From a virus (taxonomy: Duplodnaviria; Caudoviricetes): 64,000 nt of DNA. Under the pieces are notes generated by a model. It was not told the origin of the DNA. It saw only the letters and a program-made list of their open reading frames with translations, and ran no database searches. Of the stretch, positions 11,901-20,831 are shown piece by piece. The position numbers and the translations under genes were made by a program. The stretch's first letter is position 1. The number at the start of each line of letters is the position of its first letter. Location of the stretch: positions 128,001-192,000 of the IMG/VR virus record IMGVR_UViG_3300007171_000004; one strand, given 5' to 3'.

Positions 11901-14900
11901 AATTCCAATTTGACCAAGAAGTATATCCATTTGAATTTACTGTGCGATATCTGAAATCTTTAATCCCTGAAACTCTATCATTTGCAGTAAATTTAACAGT
12001 TGATTTTAAAGAATTTACATAACTTAAATCTAGATTATTTGATGTGTCATAGAAATTTGCATTTCCAGTTGGAGGTGTGGTGTCAACAATTGCCTGACCT
12101 TGAGCAAATACAGTCAACGGGAATGATTCAGAAATATTTCCCATAAAATCAATTACTTGTGCCCAGATTTTTCTAGCACCAATCATTCCAGCATTCATGT
12201 TAGAAGTTACTGATTCAGAAATACCAAAATTATTAGTAGAGCTAGATCCATATAAATAAACTACATACTGAGCACTACCAGACTGATCAAATTGTTCCCA
12301 GGATTGCCAAGGAGTATAAGAAACATTTCCATAGTCAGTTTCTTTGCCAAATCTAAATGCTAACACACCTGAAGAAGAATCATTTGCTTTAATTCTTACC
12401 GTAGCAGTTCTTACCGTAGTTTTATCAACAAATTCAATTACAGGTTTATTATTAACAAAAGCTGGTGGAGTAATATCAACTTTTAACGAATCAGAAAGTA
12501 TTGATGCAGACGAGCTAATATTTGCATGTGACAAAGCTCTTACTCTACCTGTCAAATACAAATTATCTCTTTTGTTTCTTTCTCTTAATACTGCTTTAGA
12601 ATAAACCTTAAACCATAATCTAGGTGCTAAATTCCATCCAGCAAAATCTCCAGTTGAAATAACTTCAGATTCTGTAGTTTCTTTAGAATTTGAAGTGCCT
12701 AGTGTAAGACCCATAGGAAGTCTAATTGCAACCCAAACTTTTTCATTTGCAGTTATATTTAAAGGTCTTGATTCTGTTGGTAATGGACTTTCAGGATTAG
12801 TTACCGGAATTTCATCTAATACAAAAGCTCCAACACTATATGTTCCATAACTAAGAATCTTTTGAATCAAATCATTATAAGCTGCTGAAACACCACTTGT
12901 CAATAATGGTGCAAGATCGTAAGTAAACCAATCTGTTTTAGAAGATCCAATTTCTTCATTATTATTTGAAAAGAATCTAAATTTTACATTAATAGATTCA
13001 GATGGTAAAGCTCTAGATGTCCATAATGCTTTAATTTCAAGTAATGTTGGATTGATAGCTGAATAAAAGGAAGATAAAGATCCAAATGTGATTTTCTTGG
13101 TAAATACTGTTGATTTATAATGATAATATTCTTGATTAGAATAATTATCTGGATAATCTAAATACCAATATGTCTTACCATTTACGTTTCCATTTAAGAT
13201 TGCATAAGGTTGATATCTAGATGCTGCTGTTGACGAATCTAAAACCCAAGAGCCATTAAGTCCACTTCCAGGATTAATGACTTTATAAATTCCATTTTGA
13301 TATTTGTCGAGCTGGTCTTTAACTAAAACTAAATCTCCTGAAGACAATGTATATCCATCAAGAACAGAAGGTGCTGCTAAAATATTTATATTTATGCCGT
13401 TTGTAGTAGCTTTGATAGAAATAGCAGATAATTCAGTATATGGAATCTTATAATCCCATCCTTGGAAATCTGTACTACCTGCTAATAAAAATTGTCCAAG
13501 CCATGGTTTAATTTGTCCACTTCCAGTATCTGATTTTAAAAAGTGTCTGATAGTTGAATTATTTAAACTATCATCAGAAATTAATCTAGGCAAACCATAT
13601 ACACTGAAATTATTAACAATAGAACTTCCTGAGCCAAATGTAGAACCAACAAATCCAGTAGCTATATAATATCCCAAACCATTCTTATAAGTCCAAATTT
13701 TGTTCGATAAAAGAATAGATCCTTTAATTTCATTGTTTCTTTTTAAGATAATCCATGTACCATCAGCATTTGACTTATTTAATTGCCCCTTATAACCTAC
13801 TGGATGTTCGTCAGTGATATAAATAGCATAATCATCTATATCGTTAGGGTTATACTTACATAAAACTTGAGAGGTTGAAACATTGGAATAAATTCTCTCA
13901 ACTAATAAAACTTGAGAATTTTTAGCATCAAAGAAAACAGCAACTGTAGTAGTATTAATTGGTTCATGAGTAGGAACATAATCAGGAAGACATCTTGTAA
14001 TCATTGGTCTTAAAAGAGTACTATCAGATGCATTAACTGTTGGATCAGTGCTAAAAACTACATAATAAGTATCTGAATTATGGTCTATATTTGTATATAC
14101 TACAGCTCTTGAAGACATAGTAGGCTTATTTAATTGATACTCTACAATTTCAGAAGAATTTAACTTATTAACTGTAAGTCCTGTAGCTAAAGTCACTGGT
14201 GAACTTGAACCAATCAAAGGCTCAGAATAAAGAGTCCACTCATTTTTGATATTAACTGAATTGACCCAGCTAGTAACATTGACAGTTGGAAAATTTACTG
14301 GATGTTTATCATCAACTTTACAGTCGCCCAAGTCTGCATTAAGATAAGCATTACCCTTGACTAATGCAATTTCACTAATCGTTACAGTACCATCGTGAGC
14401 ATTTATAGAAGCCCCGTAACCACATTTAATCGTATCAACTGTAAATTCTGGAATCAAAGATGAAGCCAATAAATAACTTTGATTATCAGTGGCTGTCCAA
14501 TAAAATTCAACAATATATTGATCATCTGTAGTTTTAGAAAGATAAGATTCAAATAAACCACCTTGAAGAATCAAATCTCTGAGGTGAAGTGGTAGATTTG
14601 TAGTTTGATTTTCTACAGAATCGACTCCATTTACAACTTTATATAATTTTGCAACCGGATAAGCATTAGGAGAAGATGTAATTGAACATACAATTTCCTG
14701 AGAAGAGCCTGGGTTTGAAGCTAAATCTAAATAATGAAGTTTTGCAAAGATTTTATATTCAGCTGCAGTATTTGATACACTTAAATTAATCTTAGATTGG
14801 GACAAAATTGAAAGGTCAGAACCTACTAAAGAAAAACCATTATTACCATAGAAAAATACACCTCTTCTTGATGAGTTGAGAGCAATAGAAGTTCCTAAAG

Positions 14901-15741
14901 TTAATGATTCTGAAGTGTATGTAGTTGCAGCGTAGTTAATTTTATAGCTTGTTGTTGGAAGGTTTGTACCAGCAACATTATTGACCATAGATCTAAAATT
15001 ACCAGAAGTATTATTTGAACGTGTCGTGAGTAAATTCAAAACCCCTGTGTCATAAGAAATTTCAAAAATATCACCAATATACGAGCTAACTCCAGATCCA
15101 TAAATGCCAGTTGAAGATTCTGAGCTTGATCTAAAGTGAAATAAAGATTGAGCACCTGTAAATCCAGTTTTATTAGTATCTGCAATCAGTCTTCCTGGAG
15201 TAGATGGTAATTCTCCTTCCCAAGAAATTTGATCATATATGGCATAGCCTTCTGGATAACTAGCTTGTTCGCCAGAAGTTGATTGAACTAAAGCTTTGAT
15301 ATAAACTGTTGACAATCCACCTGTAGCAGATAATGGCCAGTTATTGATTACATAAAGACCTGTTCCAGCAGCAGTTGTCCTTGAAGTCTCTATAGTTGAA
15401 CTAGAGTTGAAAAAATATAATGAATTTAAATTTAATGTATAGTCAGTACTTGAAGAATAATTTCCTGCGCTTGGCCAGTTTTCAATTTTAATAGTTGACT
15501 GATTACTGAATTCTGGGTCGTTGGAGATTTCTAAGCTAACAATTTTTTGAAGTGCAACTGGTTCTCTATTAACAGTATCTAAAAGCTCAAATTTTAATGT
15601 AATTGTATGATTATTAGCATCTAAAGCAGAAGTTAACGCAGGTTTATTTGTGTTGTAAACTGCACCTGAATCTAAAAAATTTGAACGTAAATATGTGCTT
15701 CTCAGATTATCTGGAAGAACTAATTGAGCTTTAATTGGCAT
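8902..15741 (-). CDS. Large tail fibre/receptor-binding-like protein (2279 aa) with Ig-like repeats, beta-propeller and two ATT/GD.VLVK.Q modules
   Basis: Long ORF with AGGA RBS (ttttaggaatcaaacATG); repeated DxTPP Ig-like starts (VDITPP, VDTTPP), propeller blades, lectin-like C-terminal region; tail context. Confidence 0.7.
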   Translation of the reverse strand: MPIKAQLVLPDNLRSTYLRSNFLDSGAVYNTNKPALTSALDANNHTITLKFELLDTVNREPVALQKIVSLEISNDPEFSNQSTIKIENWPSAGNYSSSTDYTLNLNSLYFFNSSSTIETSRTTAAGTGLYVINNWPLSATGGLSTVYIKALVQSTSGEQASYPEGYAIYDQISWEGELPSTPGRLIADTNKTGFTGAQSLFHFRSSSESSTGIYGSGVSSYIGDIFEISYDTGVLNLLTTRSNNTSGNFRSMVNNVAGTNLPTTSYKINYAATTYTSESLTLGTSIALNSSRRGVFFYGNNGFSLVGSDLSILSQSKINLSVSNTAAEYKIFAKLHYLDLASNPGSSQEIVCSITSSPNAYPVAKLYKVVNGVDSVENQTTNLPLHLRDLILQGGLFESYLSKTTDDQYIVEFYWTATDNQSYLLASSLIPEFTVDTIKCGYGASINAHDGTVTISEIALVKGNAYLNADLGDCKVDDKHPVNFPTVNVTSWVNSVNIKNEWTLYSEPLIGSSSPVTLATGLTVNKLNSSEIVEYQLNKPTMSSRAVVYTNIDHNSDTYYVVFSTDPTVNASDSTLLRPMITRCLPDYVPTHEPINTTTVAVFFDAKNSQVLLVERIYSNVSTSQVLCKYNPNDIDDYAIYITDEHPVGYKGQLNKSNADGTWIILKRNNEIKGSILLSNKIWTYKNGLGYYIATGFVGSTFGSGSSIVNNFSVYGLPRLISDDSLNNSTIRHFLKSDTGSGQIKPWLGQFLLAGSTDFQGWDYKIPYTELSAISIKATTNGININILAAPSVLDGYTLSSGDLVLVKDQLDKYQNGIYKVINPGSGLNGSWVLDSSTAASRYQPYAILNGNVNGKTYWYLDYPDNYSNQEYYHYKSTVFTKKITFGSLSSFYSAINPTLLEIKALWTSRALPSESINVKFRFFSNNNEEIGSSKTDWFTYDLAPLLTSGVSAAYNDLIQKILSYGTYSVGAFVLDEIPVTNPESPLPTESRPLNITANEKVWVAIRLPMGLTLGTSNSKETTESEVISTGDFAGWNLAPRLWFKVYSKAVLRERNKRDNLYLTGRVRALSHANISSSASILSDSLKVDITPPAFVNNKPVIEFVDKTTVRTATVRIKANDSSSGVLAFRFGKETDYGNVSYTPWQSWEQFDQSGSAQYVVYLYGSSSTNNFGISESVTSNMNAGMIGARKIWAQVIDFMGNISESFPLTVFAQGQAIVDTTPPTGNANFYDTSNNLDLSYVNSLKSTVKFTANDRVSGIKDFRYRTVNSNGYTSWSNWNSYKNINNFSLSSGDGRKSLQFQLRDYGNNISLQENIWSKLYEASSRGIVFVSADSWQKTGVYSETLFFGGTKQTQYLNMSLIESTNGNYVARTAFYIKSNTTGRILSARTNDTIVINGTALSYVVDPSSGLIVFASAIPLGVQITCTVTRNSAILYSWDDNVFKKALDLGHYGEICITAVKSYANGIILGTSKGSVYLYDGSKLTGPIFTAFDGIALPITSILIHQYLHESEYYVYVSTDKKPRLFRSKLTEISSNASWLQVGNTGDLALTSGGAMSLVSAFNKIFVGCRSSKMVRYERFINELGLESELVTSTLLINQNLGLSETSLPAVRALAASDNQVLAGLDGRPEIYSYVETSVLNPSNVDKWMQVEFDEVFARDPYPAQYYFSSSTSYLGNSTQRSSSALSYSPIIDDNYIGSIRNYIALDTTSSSTALFSFDSGSDWEYLCNSLKPIYTNPYNAKVATTELITLSGTQTIDGILLSIGDIVLVKNQTNPNENGLYVVSSTSWVRDSAFSTGASNITAGWAINVDYGTRNTKSLWILQPAADYTFATGSFIFDKYKYTIDLDLQHVSGTGKQAIEVSDGFYNYTLRYDSTKMYLENGTTTSEISYYPTINGIQKSNIIKIWSFSNNNTEDTGPYWETTNSTAINEDWFAGKYVVPVGDNKKAGTPVSAGNEQYLNVQLDSSFNYGNPFIFWSNTDLFSSDFTTQSLTTSKTMIVDETTRVKIKLRLVYNTPLYENASEAKIRMYWSSHSKQDLNYCEVPLENKSAKYYTYEFSPSWNGEVNYLAFEFANFEENLRPNNIYVDYVMIYDNDLPNSITQNPTSIRIGVENRDLKIWYGGNVNPVFSKVNCLVSKNSAEYIKLGKIDYNEAASKFIYGHLNFLYGESLSPSTKKIDDFHLTWRFPSTGGVQKLVHHLGTLYALTDGLLTTRLSDNPIDRMSKTFKYIAEKEIWVQEDGVVAREIINNDTKGMIRPLLAITHNNILVVSGQYESIIV

Positions 15742-15814
15742 GTTTGATTCCTAAAATAGGCAATGAAAAATAGAGATTTCTTGCCTATTAATTCCAATTT
15801 TACAAGATTTTTAC

Positions 15815-16768
15815 CTATACGATTCCAAACGATATAGGCATAGATTCTTGAATGATCATTGGGCAGTAAACATCCATTAACATAAATCCATCGACATAAT
15901 TGACTGTATCTTCTTTATGAAAGTCAAAAGAAGCTACATAAATCGACATTGTTGGATTTAAAGCACTATCATGTTCAACAAAATACATTGATAAGCTAAT
16001 TGGATCCTTTACTGTATCCAAGCCCGCTGGGAGAGATAATTTAAGTTTTAAAGCAGACTTTTCGCCTTGAGTAATTGCTGGTTCTACTACTCTATCTGAA
16101 ACTATTTTGAAATAAATTGTTCTTTTGTCAAATCCAATGCCTTCATTAATTGCGTCTAATTCTGCCGTAGTTAAATCAGGACCATGAGTAGGAACAGTTG
16201 AAATTACTGGATTGCCATGTCTAATGTCTCTTGGTCTGCTAAAAGTATTACTGCTAAATTTGTCATAGACACCAATTGCGAATTCAGGATCTCTCTGACC
16301 AACAGAAATATTTAATGGTGAAGTCAATGCAGTAAACGCAGACACAGAAGAAGATTTAAATTCACTTGTTACTTCTTCAAAAATTAATGTAGAAGTAAAT
16401 GACATAAATCTAAGAACCGTTAATCCAGATTTATCAACTTCAATATGTAGATCGTTTCCAATAGCCCTTAAAGATTTATTACCAAAATTGATAACAGAAT
16501 AATTTTCATTAACATTATTGAAAGACGAAATGCTTCTAAAAATAATACCAGCAGCTGAAGATCTAAAATTTTCATTATTGAACGTCAACTTTAGTTTGCT
16601 ATCGTCTTTTTCAATTGTGCATTTGACATCTTCATTAATCAAAAACAATGAAGCATCTGATTCTAACAATGAGAAATTATCTGGCGCACTGATTAATTCT
16701 ATTTCAAATTTATGACCATTATTTTCAATTGTTAATAGTTTTTGATATTTATGAATTTTATATTCCAT
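15815..16768 (-). CDS. Hypothetical virion-associated protein (317 aa)
   Basis: ORF directly follows 16770-20606; no recognisable motif. Confidence 0.6.
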   Translation of the reverse strand: MEYKIHKYQKLLTIENNGHKFEIELISAPDNFSLLESDASLFLINEDVKCTIEKDDSKLKLTFNNENFRSSAAGIIFRSISSFNNVNENYSVINFGNKSLRAIGNDLHIEVDKSGLTVLRFMSFTSTLIFEEVTSEFKSSSVSAFTALTSPLNISVGQRDPEFAIGVYDKFSSNTFSRPRDIRHGNPVISTVPTHGPDLTTAELDAINEGIGFDKRTIYFKIVSDRVVEPAITQGEKSALKLKLSLPAGLDTVKDPISLSMYFVEHDSALNPTMSIYVASFDFHKEDTVNYVDGFMLMDVYCPMIIQESMPISFGIV

Positions 16769-16769
16769 T

Positions 16770-19700
16770 TTATTCTGATACCACTAAAGTAGAGTTTCCT
16801 AACATTTTTAGACCTGTTGGATGAGTTAAAGTACCTACACCCCATGAGTATGTCAATTCACCGCTTGAGTTGAGTTTGATTAATCTTGATTGCTTACCGT
16901 CATTCTTAACATCATCAACAATTACCCAATAGGAATCATAACTTGGATCTTCAATAGCTTTAATCGCATCTCCATTTACGTTTATAGAAGTTAAAATTGT
17001 ATTATCAGAAATTCTATTTAACACTAAGATTCTACCAGCATTATCAGAAGCAGGTGAAGGAAGTGCAACAAGCAAATTCTCACTTGATAATTCAATTGCT
17101 CCACCAAGTTTATTTTCAACAAATGAACATACAGTACTTGGTACACTCCATACTGTTTCACCCGAAGAGTTTAATGCAACAATTGAATCATCAGAAATAT
17201 TAGAAACAATATAATATCCATATTTATTAGTTGTTACATGTATAGGTTCAAGAATATTTGTCATATAAATATTACCAACTAAAACATTGATAATCAAAGT
17301 ATTACTAGCAGTTAACAATGTCTGATCTGGACCATATAAAGATGAAGTTATAATTTGACCATCTTTATTAAAATCAGCAAAATCACTAATAGTCTCTGTA
17401 TACTGACTGATACCACTGAGACATTTACCCTCTCCAGCTAATGATGTATTACTTGAAATTTCTATAAAATTCAAAGCTTGGCAAATATCTGTTGTAGTTG
17501 TAGTTCCATCTGTTAAAGTACCACCATCACTACCTACATAAGAGAATGCCCCGTTTTGAACAATTAACTTAACATCACTTCCCCATGAATTTATTTTAGT
17601 TTTCAGAGTAGTATTGAATGAAGCAACTATAGTAGCAGATTTTCCATCAATAGGATTAAATAAAACAACACTTACACCAGTTTCCGAAAGTTTGATAGAT
17701 TGTTTACCAGACACCAATGTTGAATTTGCTGCTGATGTTATAGAAACATATTGAGAAAAATTGATATATAATTTACCTACATTTGGATTGTAATATGAAT
17801 TTAATAATACAAAATCTCTCGTTTCTCTTTTCAGTCTCAAATTGCCTTGATAGATTTTTGTTATTGCTCCCAAAGAATCAAATTCTACAACTCTATCGTT
17901 TTTAGTGTCAGCAAATAATAATGAAGTTCCAACTGATTCATAGTATTTAGGTTCTAAAAATCCATATTCGCTATAACCTCTCCAAACTTGCACTGGAGAT
18001 TGGTAAGAACTCAATGATAATGCATCAATGCCATCTTCAACAACAACTTCATCACTAGCATCTAATAAGGAGGACTGAAGAGCATTATTCTTTCTTAAAT
18101 ATCTCCACTTGCCTATTTCAGCTGTATTAGAAATAGTTAAAAAGTTAACTGTTTTGCCCGGAAAATCTGAATCTGTTGTGTTTGATCCAAAAGTAATATT
18201 TTCGTATTCTTTTGCAGTAGAAAACCATCCAGTTTGAGCAGTTGAAATATCAGTTTCGTATTTATTCCAAATTTTTAAAGCAGAAGAACCAAGACCATTA
18301 TAAGCCAAGACTAATCTATCTAATGTGGGAGCTAAAGTTTTAGAACTATTAGAATACAAGTTAACAATGATATCAAAATATCTTCCAGTATTTGAACTTG
18401 GGCTAACAGTCCATGTTCCTTGTGTAATCTCATTTGTTAAGTAACTTCCTAATGAAGACTCAACATTTGCTGTTCTTGTGTAAACTCTTAAACTAGTTCC
18501 AGAAGGAATGGTTGCATCCCAAAGGACTTGGTCATAAGTAGTAGTTGTACTGTTTGTATCTAATCTGAAAACTAAAGTAGCATATGTATTAAATAATGTA
18601 TCATTAAAAATAAATACAGAAGATGTTGCATCAGGCAACGTATTCATTGCTGCATTAATTGAACTACTCTGAGTCGATATTGCTATAATTTCATCAGTTC
18701 TGGGGTGGAGTAAATAAAAATTTAGTTCATTGCCGTCCCAAAATTCTGCTGTATCCCAAACAAAACCTATTCCTGCAACGGATGCCAATTGAGCTTCAGT
18801 AAGACCAAATTCAGAAAGATTTTTTTCTACATACAATCTTGTCTTTGGGTCTGTATTATCTTTAGAAAGAATCTGAACAGGAGTAGAAATGTTAATTGTT
18901 GTAGCTACTCCATCGGACATTATGCTCTTTGCAGTTCCACCAGAAGAAAGAGTCAAATAAACATAAACATTTCCAGGTACAGAAGCTACATTAAATCCAA
19001 AGCCGATTCCAATTCTAGATCTTTCAGTCCAATCTTGAGTGGTACTGAACTGATTATAGAAATACCTAGCGACATCGTAATCTTCGTTAAATTGATTATA
19101 ATATGCTGGAGCAGACAAGACAGGAGGTGGCGGTGGTACGACTGAAGTCTTTGTCTTTTTGTCTGTAAATAAATATCCATCTTTCCACTTAGTATCTTGT
19201 AAATTTGTGTCTAAAATTCCAAGATATTTGAGTGTTTTGTCAACAGTTATAGATCCATTAACACCTGAAGTTTGTTCAATTACATAATTTCCAGTTGACT
19301 GACCTGAGGCAGATACTGTTAATACCAATGTTGTATTATTTGTAATTGAGGAAATATTAAACCATGTAGTAATAGCACTAGGATTTGTAGAACCAAAACC
19401 AATTCTTGCTGGTAAAATCAAAGATGACCAAGATGTACCTGAACCTGTTATTGTTACAGTATTTATTGTAGAAACAGAACCAGTAGAATAAATTTTTGGA
19501 GCAGTAATTGCAATATTTTCTGACAGTGGGCTATTAGCAATAACTCTTGCTTGAGCTGCCTTCCATGCTCTATCAAAATCTTCATATGTATTCCAGACAA
19601 TATTATCAGAAGAAATCGTTGATGAATTTGTGCCTTCGAGTCTTTTATTGACCCTATTGATTGTAGCTTGATTTATTCCAGCTGGAATACCAGTTGCTTC

Positions 19701-20606
19701 GTAAGGTTGAGAAGTACTATTCGGCACATAAAAGATAGCATTAATTTGAGTAGCTTCAATATTAGATAATGTGCCTAATCTTTTTAAAGCAAGTACAATT
19801 TTAAGTCTATTGGCTAAAGAAATATCTGATAATCTATAGTTATCTGGTAAAGAAGTAAGTGAAGCTAAAAGCGTATCAATTTGACTATGAGATAGACTTC
19901 CAATATTAGATAAAGTACTATGGTCAATCTGTGGTAATCTATCTGCGGACAGGCTACCTGATGTAACTTTGTCCAAATCCAAGTTCTCAATATAATCTCC
20001 TGAGAGTTTTCCTCTTACATGTTTTGATAAATCAATAGGGCTTGGATTTGTTGCACCACCAATATGCTTATGCTTATTTACAATCCCAGATATAGTTCCA
20101 AATAAACTAATATCTACTCTTCCATATTCTGCTGTATTATAGATTGTTAATGTATCTGGGTCTGTAGATCTATCTACTAATACTGCTCCAAGACCAATAT
20201 AATTATCTGGATCGTTAAGTTGTACTAATGATGCCATAAATTCTACAGTTTTTGCTGAAGGGGTGGTAGCATCTTCTATGGCATATAAGTAAAATAGTGC
20301 AGATGTTGCTCCAGCTGGCAAAGCTGGTAATGCAAAAGTAACATTTGTAGTTGTTTCTGCATATTTCCAAGAAACATGACCTCGACCAGAAGTAATTAAA
20401 ACATTATTATAATCATTTGGGATCGAAAGAATATACCAAGATGGATTAGCTGGGTCTTCATCGAGAACACCATTTCCAAAAATTGAATATAAAGCTAAAG
20501 TCTGTGTATCAATAGCTTTAAATCTTAATTCATCTAAATCTAATTCTGCTCCAATATCTTGATTAGGTTCAAAATATCCAAGCTTATATATTGGTGTCTT
20601 TCCCAT
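16770..20606 (-). CDS. Tail fibre/spike-like protein (1278 aa), N-terminal paralogue of the 1-5241 gene, with C-terminal NHL/beta-propeller-like region
   Basis: Shared N-terminal blocks (TPIYK..Y.E, LY..FG.G, HKHIGG..NPS.IDL, LSADRLPQIDH); C-terminal blades LLFADTKNDRVVEFD and LTHPTGLKML. Confidence 0.7.
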   Translation of the reverse strand: MGKTPIYKLGYFEPNQDIGAELDLDELRFKAIDTQTLALYSIFGNGVLDEDPANPSWYILSIPNDYNNVLITSGRGHVSWKYAETTTNVTFALPALPAGATSALFYLYAIEDATTPSAKTVEFMASLVQLNDPDNYIGLGAVLVDRSTDPDTLTIYNTAEYGRVDISLFGTISGIVNKHKHIGGATNPSPIDLSKHVRGKLSGDYIENLDLDKVTSGSLSADRLPQIDHSTLSNIGSLSHSQIDTLLASLTSLPDNYRLSDISLANRLKIVLALKRLGTLSNIEATQINAIFYVPNSTSQPYEATGIPAGINQATINRVNKRLEGTNSSTISSDNIVWNTYEDFDRAWKAAQARVIANSPLSENIAITAPKIYSTGSVSTINTVTITGSGTSWSSLILPARIGFGSTNPSAITTWFNISSITNNTTLVLTVSASGQSTGNYVIEQTSGVNGSITVDKTLKYLGILDTNLQDTKWKDGYLFTDKKTKTSVVPPPPPVLSAPAYYNQFNEDYDVARYFYNQFSTTQDWTERSRIGIGFGFNVASVPGNVYVYLTLSSGGTAKSIMSDGVATTINISTPVQILSKDNTDPKTRLYVEKNLSEFGLTEAQLASVAGIGFVWDTAEFWDGNELNFYLLHPRTDEIIAISTQSSSINAAMNTLPDATSSVFIFNDTLFNTYATLVFRLDTNSTTTTYDQVLWDATIPSGTSLRVYTRTANVESSLGSYLTNEITQGTWTVSPSSNTGRYFDIIVNLYSNSSKTLAPTLDRLVLAYNGLGSSALKIWNKYETDISTAQTGWFSTAKEYENITFGSNTTDSDFPGKTVNFLTISNTAEIGKWRYLRKNNALQSSLLDASDEVVVEDGIDALSLSSYQSPVQVWRGYSEYGFLEPKYYESVGTSLLFADTKNDRVVEFDSLGAITKIYQGNLRLKRETRDFVLLNSYYNPNVGKLYINFSQYVSITSAANSTLVSGKQSIKLSETGVSVVLFNPIDGKSATIVASFNTTLKTKINSWGSDVKLIVQNGAFSYVGSDGGTLTDGTTTTTDICQALNFIEISSNTSLAGEGKCLSGISQYTETISDFADFNKDGQIITSSLYGPDQTLLTASNTLIINVLVGNIYMTNILEPIHVTTNKYGYYIVSNISDDSIVALNSSGETVWSVPSTVCSFVENKLGGAIELSSENLLVALPSPASDNAGRILVLNRISDNTILTSINVNGDAIKAIEDPSYDSYWVIVDDVKNDGKQSRLIKLNSSGELTYSWGVGTLTHPTGLKMLGNSTLVVSE

Positions 20607-20830
20607 TAGTCTTCTTGATCCGGTTTATTTTTACTAGTTACTTTTTCTACACCCCAGCGAGAAAATCCCCATCTTACAATATTTTCTTCTGATAAAGTTT
20701 CTGGTTCCAAAATTACTTCTGATTTCAAATAAATTGATGCCTCAGATCTAGGTAAAGGTCTAGGCTCCATTTGTTTTTGGTTGTGTATTTGATAATTAAT
20801 TATATCTGTTAAACTTCTAAAGTCTGGCAA
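20606..20830 (-). CDS. Small baseplate-associated protein (74 aa) with RWGFSRWG motif
   Basis: Fills the gap between the hub-like gene and the fibre gene, coupled by TAATG overlap. Confidence 0.55.
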   Translation of the reverse strand: MPDFRSLTDIINYQIHNQKQMEPRPLPRSEASIYLKSEVILEPETLSEENIVRWGFSRWGVEKVTSKNKPDQED

Positions 20831-20831
20831 T

